Shown: positions 18,993 to 29,551 of the stretch, one piece after another | Layout: each line of letters starts with the position of its first letter | Position numbering within the stretch: the stretch's first letter is position 1 | NCBI GenBank assembly: GCA_963847625.1 | Contig: CAWKAR010000039.1 | Span: forward strand, 45,244-109,243 | Direction of reading: 5' to 3' | DNA from: a candidate division FCPU426 bacterium | GTDB taxonomy: Bacteria > Oederibacteriota > Muellerivitia > Muellerivitales > Muellerivitaceae | DNA: 64,000 bases | Notes under the pieces: model-generated | The model's input: only the letters and a program-made list of their open reading frames with translations | The model's database searches: none | Told to the model about the DNA's origin: nothing | Program-made: the position numbers and the translations under genes

Positions 18993-21275
18993 TTGGATAA
19001 GAAAGAAATGAAAAAAGGCCTTCAAATTCTTATAGGGTTTCTTCTCTTAAGCCCGGCATTGCCTGCCCGGGCTGATCATGGGCGTTTGGCCACGAATATC
19101 CGGGATTCCTGGATTAATCTGGGCGTGGCTGAATTGGTATCATCAGGATTGGCACAGGACCCGGGTAAGCCCATCAACCAATTGACTAACCTCGAAGTGG
19201 CTCAATTGACGGCCGAGGCCTCCCAAAAATACCTGGCCCAAGCCGATCTCAACCTTCCGGCCCCGCCTTCCGCCGATGAGCCGGCCCTGCCGCCGGAACC
19301 TCCTGCGTCCCTGGCCGCACCCCCGCCCCTGTCGGGAATGGATTCCACGGCAACCCCACAAACCACCCTTCCCAGCAAGAGCATGACGGATCTTGTAGCG
19401 GAATTCCGGAATGAGCTGAGCGCCATGGGGGTTGATGTGGATAAATTGGAACAAAGAATAAATGATTCCAAGGCCCGAAATGAGGTTTTCGCCGCACTCC
19501 AACAAAAATACCTAAAACGAACCGGAACGGATTTGGGAGGGTTCTCCAGGGGTTTTGTCTACGACTACCGGGGATTCGGCACCAATGCGGTCTATCCTGC
19601 CATGGAATATAACGCCGCCATGTTCATGGAGTGGGATTTGAAAAGCATCCCCATCCCCACCGTTTTGTTTGATGCGCGCATGAGGCTGTGGCGTTCCATG
19701 GGCATGTATTACCAGGACCCCTTCGAGCCTGACTATCAACTCAGGTGGATTTCCTTAACGGATTACAATGATTTCGCCAGTTTCACCGCCGGAGACTTTT
19801 TCAAAAGCTATACACCCCTGACCCTTTGGAATTACGAAGTGCCCGTTTACACCTTGGTGGAACCGGCATCCTTCCACCGGGTTCGTAAGGATACGGAAGA
19901 ACTGGCTTATGTGGACCATGGCTCGGACTGGCACATGAGGGGAATCCAGGCTTCCACTTCCTTTGATTGGCCCAAGGAAATGTTCCTCAGCGGGTTTGGT
20001 TTGCAGGCCATGGTGGGAACCATGATGAACGGGGGAGGTTTCAGTTTCAGCAGTTATTACGCCGGAACCCAGGGGTCCATCAGCCTTTTCAACGATTTCT
20101 TGACGGTCAAGGGCACCGGATTGCGTCTTTGGGACGATATCAATTCAGCAAATCCAAACATCGACCAAAACCTTTATATTCCATCCGCCTTTCCGAAGGA
20201 ATACCAAATCGGAAGCCTGACTGGTTCCGTCTCATTCATTTTCAGCGACAAAGCAGACTTGGTCGGGACCGTTGAGGGTGCTTTCAGCCAATATTATGAC
20301 GACCTGTACGACACTTCGAGGGAATTCCAGGATTGGGCAATACTGGGCAACGCCTCCTTGGATATTCAGGGGGTCCACTTCACCGGCAAGTACCTCAATG
20401 TCGGCCCGAATTTTTATTCCCCTGGGGCTCAAACCAACCGGTATACCCCGGCGGCCGGCTTTCAAGGCTACTGGAGCACGACCATGAACGGGGTGGATGA
20501 CGCCTTGCCGGGTTACTTGGACGACTTCGTGTTCCAAAACGTCAGTCGGCCCTCTTTCGCTCCCTACGACCGTTTATCCGAGAATTTTCTTCCTTATGGG
20601 GATTCCTCGCCAGACCGGAAAGGCATCGTGTTGGGCTTTTCGGGCGAATTGGGGGATAACAAGTGGCTGAAGCCGCAAGCTTCTTATCTTCTCAACGCCC
20701 AGGAAATCCAACCCAATTATGTTTTACAGAGTAGCAACAGCATCATCCCTGTGGACAGCAACACCACCACGACGGTGGCCCGTGTTTTTGGCGGCTATGA
20801 GGGGGCCTTGACTCTGGATTTCGCGAAAGCCTTAAACATGAAAGGGAAGACCTATGACCTCCAATTCGATTACAAACACCAGACCACGGATTTAGGCGTG
20901 GGAGCGAGCCCCTTTACAGTTAATACTATTATCGCGGCCGTGGATTTCAACATACCCCTTCATTTCGCATCCCGCTTGGTTTGGTCCGCATCCTTGGAAC
21001 AGGCCCAAGCCAGCGGCAGCGAGTACGTATTGTCAGGCGTTGGTAGTCCACCGACCTTGGCAAATTATGCCTTCTATCTGGACCCTCAGAACCAATTTAT
21101 CTATCAGTCTTTGAACATCACCCGGGACATTTTGGCCTTGGGGGCCATGTACCCCATCAGCGACAAAATCGATCTTCGATGCGATTGGTTTTTCGTGGAT
21201 TACAAGTGGACTGACAACCCTGACTTCGACCGCAGGGACCAAATTTGGAGAATGACGTATGAAGCGCATTTCTAA
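18993..21275 (+). CDS. Outer-membrane protein paralog 2 (OmpM/Slp-like)
   Basis: Signal peptide (alternative ATG at 19008). SLH-like WINLGVAELVSSGLAQDP...LTNLEVAQLTAEA. Pro-rich linker, coiled-coil segment, and a beta-rich C-terminal domain homologous to the paralogs (shared Y..D.NDF..F.AGDF..SYTPLTLWN; NVGPNFYSPGAQT). Ends TYEAHF. Confidence 0.65.
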   Translation: MDKKEMKKGLQILIGFLLLSPALPARADHGRLATNIRDSWINLGVAELVSSGLAQDPGKPINQLTNLEVAQLTAEASQKYLAQADLNLPAPPSADEPALPPEPPASLAAPPPLSGMDSTATPQTTLPSKSMTDLVAEFRNELSAMGVDVDKLEQRINDSKARNEVFAALQQKYLKRTGTDLGGFSRGFVYDYRGFGTNAVYPAMEYNAAMFMEWDLKSIPIPTVLFDARMRLWRSMGMYYQDPFEPDYQLRWISLTDYNDFASFTAGDFFKSYTPLTLWNYEVPVYTLVEPASFHRVRKDTEELAYVDHGSDWHMRGIQASTSFDWPKEMFLSGFGLQAMVGTMMNGGGFSFSSYYAGTQGSISLFNDFLTVKGTGLRLWDDINSANPNIDQNLYIPSAFPKEYQIGSLTGSVSFIFSDKADLVGTVEGAFSQYYDDLYDTSREFQDWAILGNASLDIQGVHFTGKYLNVGPNFYSPGAQTNRYTPAAGFQGYWSTTMNGVDDALPGYLDDFVFQNVSRPSFAPYDRLSENFLPYGDSSPDRKGIVLGFSGELGDNKWLKPQASYLLNAQEIQPNYVLQSSNSIIPVDSNTTTTVARVFGGYEGALTLDFAKALNMKGKTYDLQFDYKHQTTDLGVGASPFTVNTIIAAVDFNIPLHFASRLVWSASLEQAQASGSEYVLSGVGSPPTLANYAFYLDPQNQFIYQSLNITRDILALGAMYPISDKIDLRCDWFFVDYKWTDNPDFDRRDQIWRMTYEAHF

Positions 21276-23658
21276 AATAATCCTCTTTTCATTCATAGGC
21301 TTTTTCCTGGCTCAGGTGAAAAGTGTGGCTTTGGCGGGCGACAACCTTTTCACGGTTGTCCCGGCCAATGACTCGACCTATGAGAGCCTCCAGCAACTGG
21401 AACAAGCCGGGTTGCTGACTTCCGGATCTTCCCGCGCGCCCCTTACGCGTTTTGAGGTTGCCGGGCTTATCATGAAAGCCCAGAAAAAATACGACGAGAT
21501 CGTCGTAGCCGATTCCGATTTGGATCTTCCGGCCCCTTCGGATATGACAATCACCCCACCTATTTCCACTCCCACTCCTGCTGCGGCTGCACCTGCGGCG
21601 GCTGTTCCCGCTAAAACGGCAGTTCCCACGCTCTCACCCACGCCTGATGAGGCGGTTGTGCTGGCACAGGCATTGAAAAGCCTGCACAACCTGAAGGAGG
21701 CCTATCAATATGAACTCGACCGCGTAAAAGGCGATGTGAAAATGACGGAAGACCAAGAAACCACCGTGGAAAACTCACAATATGCCCTTTGGAAACGTCT
21801 CCAGGGAATCACTGAGTACCCCACCATCACCTGGCATGGGCTGGGGAGAGCTTTTGGTATTTCGCGGCAATACTGGGGCGATCCGGCATATTCCTCCTTG
21901 GGTTCAGCCGAGCGGGAAGGTTTCGGTTACCTGGATTTTCAGCCCATAGGGGTGGTTTCTAAACAAGTTCGGTGGGACGCGGTTTTGAGGTATCAAACGG
22001 CTTTTGAGTCGAACAACTATCCCGGCATCGATTGGTTGTTGTTCCGCAGAGCGACCATGGAATTCAATCCTTCCTGGTTTTCCGCTACAGTGGGGGATTT
22101 TGAGGAATCCTATACGCCTTTGACCCTTTGGAACCGAAACAACCTGGATCTGCGTTACATGCCCGAAATGTACCAGCGCGCCGACGATACTTACAAATAT
22201 GAAAATTACCTGAACCAAGAGCCGGATTGGCCGTTCCGGGGCGCTCGCGTGGGAACCGCACTATTGTGGCCCGAATCGGATCTTATGGACCAGTTTAAGG
22301 TTTCCGTCATGACGGATATGATCCGGAATGCTTTCGACGATAACAATAAGGTTGGTGTTTTTTACGGTTTCGACCAATTCACCGGCTGGATTGTCGGAAC
22401 CAACGGCGAGATCAAACTAAAAAGGTGGTACTTAGGCGGCGGAACCTCCCTCCAACTGGCATTGGACGCCTATGGACTGTTATTGGATGATCCCCTGAAC
22501 ACCAACAAGCCTGGAGCTCCCTATTCTCCCTATAACCCGGATACTTGGGGCCATCAATACCGGATTTCCAGTCTCAAGCCTTCCGTAGACGCCGGGGTTG
22601 GAGGGGATACGTCCATCGGGATGGTTTGGGAGTGGGCTTCCGTCACATATGTGGACGACAAAATGGATTCATTGAAGAATATGGAGGATTATGCGGTGAT
22701 GGGCGGACCCTATTTGCGGTTCGGCAAATCAAAAATATCATTCAATTACCTGAACGTCGGCCCCTATTTTTATTCTCCCCTGGCCCAAACCCGCCAGGAC
22801 GAGGTTTCAGCCCCTACGGCAGCCTCGCCGGTGGCATCCGGATTCTTGCCGACTTCCGAGCTCTTTACACCCGCCTTGCGAAGCCGGTTTTTCCTCAGCG
22901 ATGTGCCCCGGCCAGGTGAAATTTACAGTTTCTACGACCGGACCCAGGATAATACCTTCCCTTATGGATTGGGGACTCCCAACCGTCAGGGAACTGGTTT
23001 TGAAGTGGACGTTAAAACCCTTCCTAAGGATTCATTGAAAATCCTTGGATCGGTCTATTTTGTACAGGAAATCAGTGGTAACCTTGTTGTGGACAGCGCT
23101 GGAACGGGTTATGTGCCTGTGGACGCACCGCCATTTGAGACGGTTCCCGTCCGTAATTTCACCTATGTGAATATTGGATCTTCATTCAATTTGGGACCCG
23201 TCATCGGAATGGGCCGGGATTTGGTACTGGGGACCAATGTCCGTTACGAAAAAACCACCAGTTCGATTGGGACCTTAACCAGTATTTGGGTTTTAGGGGG
23301 GGTGAAAATCGGGGTTTTGGATGGATGGGATGTTTCCGCATCCTACGGGAGTCAAGCGGTCACCGGAACGGAAGCTGGTTATGTTTACGCTGATTCCACC
23401 GGGGTTTCGCACCAAACCTTTTTGGCCCGTTATCCCTATCTTTTCGACAATTCCGATTTGGGCTATTACCAACCATTTAGTGTCAACGGTACCAACCAGA
23501 GCGTCCAGCTGTCCAGCGAAGTCCGGACAAGCCGGAATACGAGGTTTTACGCGGATTACGGCTTCACCAGTGGCGATGTCGTACCCTATGTGGGGACTGC
23601 CAACACGGGGACCTTGCATAACGAGTTTATGGAGTTGACTTATGAAATCCAATTTTAA
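21259..23658 (+). CDS. Outer-membrane protein paralog 3 (OmpM/Slp-like)
   Basis: 17-nt overlap with the upstream gene. Signal peptide. SLH-like YESLQQLEQAGLLTS...LTRFEVAGLIMKA. Ala/Pro-rich linker, coiled coil, beta-rich domain with the same conserved blocks (VGDFEESYTPLTLWN; NVGPYFYSPLAQT). Ends LTYEIQF. Confidence 0.65.
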   Translation: MKRISKIILFSFIGFFLAQVKSVALAGDNLFTVVPANDSTYESLQQLEQAGLLTSGSSRAPLTRFEVAGLIMKAQKKYDEIVVADSDLDLPAPSDMTITPPISTPTPAAAAPAAAVPAKTAVPTLSPTPDEAVVLAQALKSLHNLKEAYQYELDRVKGDVKMTEDQETTVENSQYALWKRLQGITEYPTITWHGLGRAFGISRQYWGDPAYSSLGSAEREGFGYLDFQPIGVVSKQVRWDAVLRYQTAFESNNYPGIDWLLFRRATMEFNPSWFSATVGDFEESYTPLTLWNRNNLDLRYMPEMYQRADDTYKYENYLNQEPDWPFRGARVGTALLWPESDLMDQFKVSVMTDMIRNAFDDNNKVGVFYGFDQFTGWIVGTNGEIKLKRWYLGGGTSLQLALDAYGLLLDDPLNTNKPGAPYSPYNPDTWGHQYRISSLKPSVDAGVGGDTSIGMVWEWASVTYVDDKMDSLKNMEDYAVMGGPYLRFGKSKISFNYLNVGPYFYSPLAQTRQDEVSAPTAASPVASGFLPTSELFTPALRSRFFLSDVPRPGEIYSFYDRTQDNTFPYGLGTPNRQGTGFEVDVKTLPKDSLKILGSVYFVQEISGNLVVDSAGTGYVPVDAPPFETVPVRNFTYVNIGSSFNLGPVIGMGRDLVLGTNVRYEKTTSSIGTLTSIWVLGGVKIGVLDGWDVSASYGSQAVTGTEAGYVYADSTGVSHQTFLARYPYLFDNSDLGYYQPFSVNGTNQSVQLSSEVRTSRNTRFYADYGFTSGDVVPYVGTANTGTLHNEFMELTYEIQF

Positions 23659-24550
23659 CCGGCAAAAAGAAACCAGAATCCCTGTCCGGAAGACCCTTTC
23701 GGTCCGAATAGCAATCGGTTTTGCTATCGCTTTAATTCCATTAATCGCAGGTTTTTTGGGCTGTAAAAACAGCGTGCCTTCTTATGGAACCTATCCTGAC
23801 CCTGGTTCCACCTTGGACTGGAGCACGGTGGCTAATTTTGATTCCAATTCCGCCACCGTCAACCCGAACCTTTTTGAATCGAGTAATCCCCCCACCTACA
23901 AGTTGAAAACGGTGGGTGGCGCTGTTACGGCGGTAAACGACTGGTCGGCTTACATTACTATATCTTCGAACCCACCCACTGTGCAAAACAACACCGTTGT
24001 CCTCGGCGGGGCTACCACTTTGACGATCCCATTTGCACCCTGGTTGGACAGTCCCGGAGCGGCCGGCACATCTCATGCTTTCCACGTGACCGGCGCGCTC
24101 ATAGACCCGGGAGATTATTCAAGCTTTGACTCGGTGAAATTGCAAGCTCAGATGGAGGGAGGCGGGTTTTATGACGCCAGTTTTTTCACGGGGGTCAAGT
24201 ACTACCTGAAGGTGGCAAGCGACGACAGCACGCTTTACCGTTTTTTCAGCATCCCGGTTTACCAGACAACCAGCCCCGTTGGGGGCGGTGGATGCATGGG
24301 CGGGCCGAGGCTTTGCGACGATTCTTTCGCGGCGGATTTCAGCAGCGGCACCGGCGGCCAATGGAAACTATTCAGCTATAAATTCTCTGATCTGCATCAA
24401 TTGCAACCCGGTGTCATCACGAATCCGCCCACTTTGAGCGGGGTCAACCTTCAGCAGATATTTTTCTTGGAATGGGACGAGGGCAGGAACAATCAACCCG
24501 GTGTTTCATATTTTGATTTTTGGGTGGACGACATCGAGTTCTTTAAGTAA
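23642..24550 (+). CDS. CBM-like lipoprotein
   Basis: 17-nt overlap with OMP3. Lipobox IAGFLGC. VANFDSNS ... FFTGVKYYLK ... WKLFSYKFSDL ... FDFWVDDIEFFK. Confidence 0.6.
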   Translation: MKSNFNRQKETRIPVRKTLSVRIAIGFAIALIPLIAGFLGCKNSVPSYGTYPDPGSTLDWSTVANFDSNSATVNPNLFESSNPPTYKLKTVGGAVTAVNDWSAYITISSNPPTVQNNTVVLGGATTLTIPFAPWLDSPGAAGTSHAFHVTGALIDPGDYSSFDSVKLQAQMEGGGFYDASFFTGVKYYLKVASDDSTLYRFFSIPVYQTTSPVGGGGCMGGPRLCDDSFAADFSSGTGGQWKLFSYKFSDLHQLQPGVITNPPTLSGVNLQQIFFLEWDEGRNNQPGVSYFDFWVDDIEFFK

Positions 24551-24589
24551 CGGGGAGTCCGACATCAGGTTTGACCCCGGGAGGTTATC

Positions 24590-25507
24590 ATGAAAGGCAT
24601 ATGGCTTCGGACATCGTTGGTTTTATTTTCCGCGGTATTTACCGCGGGAGTATTGTGGCTTTCCCAGGGCTGCAATTATCAAATACCGTCCTTGGCGGCG
24701 GCAGTGGCCACTCCCCAGGCCACGAACGTGGTCAGTAATTTCACAAACGGTTCCTTGAAGATGAACCCTTCGTTAAAGGGTGCTGACGGCGGTTATTTCC
24801 AGCAGATCACCTATGGGGGAGCGCCGGGGCTCACCAACATGATCAACAACAGCCTCCAGCCCAATATCCTGGAGGCGAATCCCGGGAACGGAAGCAGCGT
24901 ATACGCGGTCCATCTTTACGGGGCGCAGTACGACTATTGCGCGACAGGCCTCGGTTCGTCCACTTACCCCGCCTTCTTTCTTTACGGTTTCTTGAGCAAC
25001 GATCCAGTGAAGCATTATCTCTTCGACCTGAGTCCATTTACAGGCGTCAAGTTCGATATCAATATCAAGATCGATGATGGAGTGGTTCTCGGCACTCAAA
25101 ACACCACCAAAACCCAGGATGGTGCTTATCAAAGAATGTTCGCCATCGGCGTGGCCCAACAAACCCCTCCCACCAACGATCCGGGAGGCATTTGCCCTCC
25201 CTCCTTCAGCTCCAATTGCTATGACTATTATTGGGGGGATAGTAGTGCCTTTCCCGGCCCCGGGTCGGGATGGAGTCCGGTCAGTTTCCTTTTTTCCAAT
25301 TTGACAACTTCGACTTGGGGCGTAAACCTTGGTGCCTTGACTGACCCTTGCAACGGCACAATTAACTATTCCGGAGTTTCTCTCCCTTGTCCATCCAGCG
25401 GTAGTATGCTCACACAGGCCCTTTTTCTCATCTGGAAATTCGGAGACAACGGCGCCTGCCACAACGTTTATGTGGATTTTTGGGTGGATAACGTCGCGTT
25501 TTATTGA
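24590..25507 (+). CDS. CBM-like lipoprotein
   Basis: Signal peptide with lipobox LSQGC. VSNFTNGS ... FTGVKFDINIK ... WSPVSFLFSNL ... YVDFWVDNVAFY. Multiple Cys pairs. Confidence 0.6.
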   Translation: MKGIWLRTSLVLFSAVFTAGVLWLSQGCNYQIPSLAAAVATPQATNVVSNFTNGSLKMNPSLKGADGGYFQQITYGGAPGLTNMINNSLQPNILEANPGNGSSVYAVHLYGAQYDYCATGLGSSTYPAFFLYGFLSNDPVKHYLFDLSPFTGVKFDINIKIDDGVVLGTQNTTKTQDGAYQRMFAIGVAQQTPPTNDPGGICPPSFSSNCYDYYWGDSSAFPGPGSGWSPVSFLFSNLTTSTWGVNLGALTDPCNGTINYSGVSLPCPSSGSMLTQALFLIWKFGDNGACHNVYVDFWVDNVAFY

Positions 25508-25668
25508 GACCTATGGGTTTAAGGCGGCTCCAAAATCTGGCGCCGCCTTTTTTATTTAAAAAATGAATGGATTCTTCGTTTGGCGAAGAAATATTTCATT
25601 TCTTCTTTTTGGAAATCCCCTACCCTATACTAGACCCCTTTAAAACCCAATATTTAAGAGGAAAGCCC

Positions 25669-27468
25669 TTGGCTCTGGAACACATTCGAAATTTCTGCAT
25701 CATCGCCCATATCGACCACGGGAAGAGTACGTTGGCGGACCGTTTACTGGAGTTCACCGGCGCCATACCGCCCCGGGAGATGCGCGCCCAGATCATGGAC
25801 CAGATGGACTTGGAACGGGAACGGGGCATTACCATCAAGGCCAAGGCGGTGCGGTTTTTTTACCAGGCCCGGGACGGCAAGACCTACGAAATGAACCTGA
25901 TCGATACGCCCGGCCATGTGGACTTCAATTACGAGGTTTCCCGCAGTCTCAAGGCCTGCGAGGGTGCCCTCCTTTTGATCGACGCCTCCCAGGGGGTGGA
26001 AGCCCAAACGCTCGCTAACGCCTTCCTGGCCATGGAACAAAACCTGACCATCATCCCCGTGATCAACAAAATCGATCTGCCGGCCGCCGATATAGTCCGT
26101 TGCAAGGCTCAAATGGAGAAATCTCTTGCTTTGGACAGTTCCGAGGCCATCCTGGCTTCGGCCAAGGAGGGAACGGGTATCCAGGAAATCCTGGAGGCGA
26201 TTGTTAAGAGGGTTCCGCATCCTAAGGGTGAAACCCAGGAGCCCCTGAAAGGACTGATCTTTGATTCCATGTTCGACCCGTACCGTGGAGTAATCGTCTT
26301 CGTCAGAATGTTCAACGGTGCGATTAGCCATGGCGCTCGGATGAAATTCATGGCCACGGGCAAGGTCTTTGAGGTAGAGGAGGTCGGCGTCTTTAAACCT
26401 AAAATGGAAAAATCGGAAAAACTCTCGGCCGGGGAAGTCGGTTACGTGGCCGCCAACATCAAAGAAGCCCGGGACGCCAAGGTGGGGGACACGATCACGG
26501 AAGAATCCCATCCCACGGACAAGCCCCTGCCTGGCTTCAAGGACGTCCTGCCCATGGTTTTTTGCGGCCTTTATCCCGTAAACTCCGAGGATTACAACGA
26601 CCTGAAGGAAGCGCTTGAAAAACTCAAGCTTTCGGACGGGGCTCTTTCCTTCGAACCCGAGACATCGGTGGCCTTGTCTTTCGGTTTTCGCTGTGGTTTC
26701 TTGGGGCTTCTTCACATGGAAATCGTCCAGGAACGGCTGGAAAGGGAATACGGCTTGAATCTCATCGCCACCGCCCCCAGTGTGGTATATCGGATTCTTA
26801 AAACCAACGGGGAGGTCATGATGGTGGACAATCCCACCAAGCTTCCCAATCCATCCGTGATTGATGAGATCAACGAGCCCTACATCGACGCCCGCATTAT
26901 TACGCCCTCGGATTACATCGGGGCCGTCATGACCCTTTGCCAGGAAAGGCGTGGCACTCACAAGGACACCCATTTCCTGGATCCAGCCCGAGCCCAGATC
27001 ACCTACGAGATGCCCCTCGCCGAGGTGGTCATGGATTTCTTCGACCGGTTGAAAAGCGGAACTAAGGGATACGCCTCCCTTGACTACGAACCCATCGGCT
27101 TTCGTCCCGGGGACGTGGTCAAGGTGGACATCCTATTGAACGGGGAACCGGTGGACGCCCTGTCCTTCATGACCCATCAGGACAAAGCCGAGGCACGGGG
27201 CCGGGGAATCGCCGGGAAACTCAAGGAAATCATTCCCCAGCAACTATTCGAGGTACCCATCCAGGCCGCCATCGGAGGAAAGATCATCGCCCGGGAAACG
27301 ATTCGGGCTCGGAGGAAAGACGTGCTGGCCAAATGCTACGGCGGTGATATCACACGAAAACGCAAGCTTCTGGACAAACAAAAGAAAGGGAAGAAGCGAA
27401 TGAAAGCCATCGGCCAAGTGGAAATCCCCCAGGAAGCTTTTCTGGCGGTCTTGAAAGTGGAAGAATAA
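25669..27468 (+). CDS. lepA: Elongation factor 4 (LepA)
   Basis: [24 protein letters not shown]-domain plus LepA-specific C-terminal domain. The ORF opens at 25567 but a TTG at 25669 with an AAGAGGA RBS gives a canonical ~600-aa protein. Confidence 0.9.
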   Translation: MALEHIRNFCIIAHIDHGKSTLADRLLEFTGAIPPREMRAQIMDQMDLERERGITIKAKAVRFFYQARDGKTYEMNLIDTPGHVDFNYEVSRSLKACEGALLLIDASQGVEAQTLANAFLAMEQNLTIIPVINKIDLPAADIVRCKAQMEKSLALDSSEAILASAKEGTGIQEILEAIVKRVPHPKGETQEPLKGLIFDSMFDPYRGVIVFVRMFNGAISHGARMKFMATGKVFEVEEVGVFKPKMEKSEKLSAGEVGYVAANIKEARDAKVGDTITEESHPTDKPLPGFKDVLPMVFCGLYPVNSEDYNDLKEALEKLKLSDGALSFEPETSVALSFGFRCGFLGLLHMEIVQERLEREYGLNLIATAPSVVYRILKTNGEVMMVDNPTKLPNPSVIDEINEPYIDARIITPSDYIGAVMTLCQERRGTHKDTHFLDPARAQITYEMPLAEVVMDFFDRLKSGTKGYASLDYEPIGFRPGDVVKVDILLNGEPVDALSFMTHQDKAEARGRGIAGKLKEIIPQQLFEVPIQAAIGGKIIARETIRARRKDVLAKCYGGDITRKRKLLDKQKKGKKRMKAIGQVEIPQEAFLAVLKVEE

Positions 27469-27493
27469 CGTCTAAAGGAAAAGAGGAAAATAA

Positions 27494-28228
27494 ATGGAAA
27501 ACCTGAATTACTATCTTTACGCTGCGGCGGGCGTACTGACTCTTGTGGAAATCCTCCTGAAATGGGTTTTTACCTCGATCCGCCAAAACCAGGGCCTGAA
27601 AGGGATGGTGGAAACGGCCGATTCGCTTTGGGTGGCCATTTTGCTGGCCCTAGCATTGAAAGCTGTCCTGCTCCAGCCATTCACCATTCCCTCCGGCAGC
27701 ATGGAGGATACCCTCCTCGTCGGCGATTATATACTGGTAAAAAAGTACGAATACGGTTACTCGGTTTGGAACAGCACTCCCCGGTTTCTGCAATTCAAGA
27801 AACCGCAGAACAGGGAAATCCTGGTTTTCGTTTATCCCGGGGACCACACCAAAGACTTTGTCAAGCGATGCATCGGAATACCAGGAGATGTGATTGAATA
27901 TAAAAAAAAGGAACTTTATGTCAACGGGATCAAACAGGTTGAACCCTATGTCAAGCATATCGATCCTACTTATGAACCTCCAGGAGATTACTTCAACGGG
28001 AAACGGGATAATTTTGGGCCGGTCACGGTGGAATCGGGACATTACTTCATGATGGGGGACAACCGGGACAACAGCATGGATTCCCGCTACTGGGGCCAAT
28101 TGGACGAGAAACTCATCAAAGGAAGGGCCTGGGCGATTTACTGGCATAGCCTTCATTTTTTCAGCTTGGGCGCCCTTTGGGACTCGCTCAAATTTTGTTT
28201 CCACCGCATGTTTTCAGTGATTCATTGA
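27494..28228 (+). CDS. lepB: Signal peptidase I
   Basis: N-terminal TM, SGSMEDTLLVGDYILVKK (box B, Ser nucleophile), GDNRDNSMDSRYWG (box E). Confidence 0.9.
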   Translation: MENLNYYLYAAAGVLTLVEILLKWVFTSIRQNQGLKGMVETADSLWVAILLALALKAVLLQPFTIPSGSMEDTLLVGDYILVKKYEYGYSVWNSTPRFLQFKKPQNREILVFVYPGDHTKDFVKRCIGIPGDVIEYKKKELYVNGIKQVEPYVKHIDPTYEPPGDYFNGKRDNFGPVTVESGHYFMMGDNRDNSMDSRYWGQLDEKLIKGRAWAIYWHSLHFFSLGALWDSLKFCFHRMFSVIH

Positions 28229-28348
28229 TAAGTAATCCCGGCGAAAGTGGAGATAAAGTAAGAAATTTTTTGTTACTGAATGATTGGAACAGCGGCTAAA
28301 TCGATTAATTTAGTAAATCAGGATACGTCAATTGGCTTATTTGTTCTC

Positions 28349-29455
28349 ATGAACATTTATATTCATATTCCCTTTTGCGCCTCCATTTGCAACTACTGCG
28401 ATTTTACCTCTTTTGTCGGTCAAGACTACAAGATGGCCCCCTATGTTGATGTCCTTTGCCGGGAGATCGGGGCATCCACCCTGGAAGGTCCCTTGAGAAC
28501 CCTCTATTTCGGCGGAGGAACACCCTCAACCCTTCCCGTCCCGCTACTGGAGAAGTTATTAAGCCGTATTAAAGCCAAAGTGTTATTTAACCCCGATATT
28601 GAGATTTCCTTGGAGGCTAATCCTGAAACCGTTGATCTTCCCAAATTGGCAGGCTACCGGTTCTTGGGCGTCAACCGCCTGAGTTTCGGAGCCCAGGCCT
28701 TTCAAAGGGAACTTTTAAAAGAATTAGGCCGGGGACACGATTGGAACCAGGTTGAGCTATCCTTTCATGATGCGAGGACGGCCGGTTTTGAGAATATCAA
28801 CCTAGACCTGATGTTCGGTCTTCCGGGACAAACGCTGGAAATGTTCAAGAAATCCGTTGAAAAAGCCGTGGGATTGGGCCCGGATCATTTGTCCTTATAT
28901 GCTTTACAAGTGGAAGAGGGAACTCCCCTGTTCAAAAAGGTCAAACGGGGTTTGGCCTTGCCCTCCGAAGATGAGACGGCGGATCGGTACGCGTTTGCAC
29001 AGGAATTCCTCGCCCGGCAAGGATTCGAGCAATACGAGGTCTCCAATTTCGCCCGCGCCGGTAAACATTGCCGCCACAACTGGAACATTTGGCGGGGTGA
29101 GGATTACCGGGGTTTTGGGGTCTCGGCGGTCGGGACCGTGAAGAACACCCGATATTCCCACGGGGACAACTTGGAAGAATACCTTGAAAACGAAGGCAAA
29201 GGCCCCTCTTTGCACCTGGAAAAACTATCCAAATCCATCCTCGCATTCGAAAAAATTATGCTGGGATTACGGACCCGGGATGGAGTTTTGAAAGAGGATG
29301 TCGAACGGTACGCTGATTCAAGAGGAATATCCTACAAAGACAAATTCGCCGCATTTCTAAGGGAAGGCCTTTTATCATTGACGCAAGGCCGGTACAGGGT
29401 CACACCCAAAGGCTTCTTTGTTTTAAACGGGGTTTTGGAAGCTTTGATGGCTTAA
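28349..29455 (+). CDS. hemW: Radical SAM heme chaperone HemW (HemN-like, oxygen-independent coproporphyrinogen oxidase family)
   Basis: CASICNYCDF CxxxCxxC motif immediately after the start. HemN C-terminal domain. The ORF opens at 28280; the likely ATG is 28349. Confidence 0.85.
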   Translation: MNIYIHIPFCASICNYCDFTSFVGQDYKMAPYVDVLCREIGASTLEGPLRTLYFGGGTPSTLPVPLLEKLLSRIKAKVLFNPDIEISLEANPETVDLPKLAGYRFLGVNRLSFGAQAFQRELLKELGRGHDWNQVELSFHDARTAGFENINLDLMFGLPGQTLEMFKKSVEKAVGLGPDHLSLYALQVEEGTPLFKKVKRGLALPSEDETADRYAFAQEFLARQGFEQYEVSNFARAGKHCRHNWNIWRGEDYRGFGVSAVGTVKNTRYSHGDNLEEYLENEGKGPSLHLEKLSKSILAFEKIMLGLRTRDGVLKEDVERYADSRGISYKDKFAAFLREGLLSLTQGRYRVTPKGFFVLNGVLEALMA

Positions 29456-29551
29456 GAATTATCCTTACTTTCCAGGTTTTTATTACCGATGGATCTGGGA
29501 TAGGAAGTTGACTTTCCATGATCTCAACTTATTATTAAGGGGCTTTAACAC

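Noticed and set aside
25744-26973. 409-aa minus-strand ORF antisense to lepA
   Set aside because: It lies entirely within the strongly supported lepA CDS and has no recognisable domains, which is typical of an antisense open frame in GC-rich DNA.
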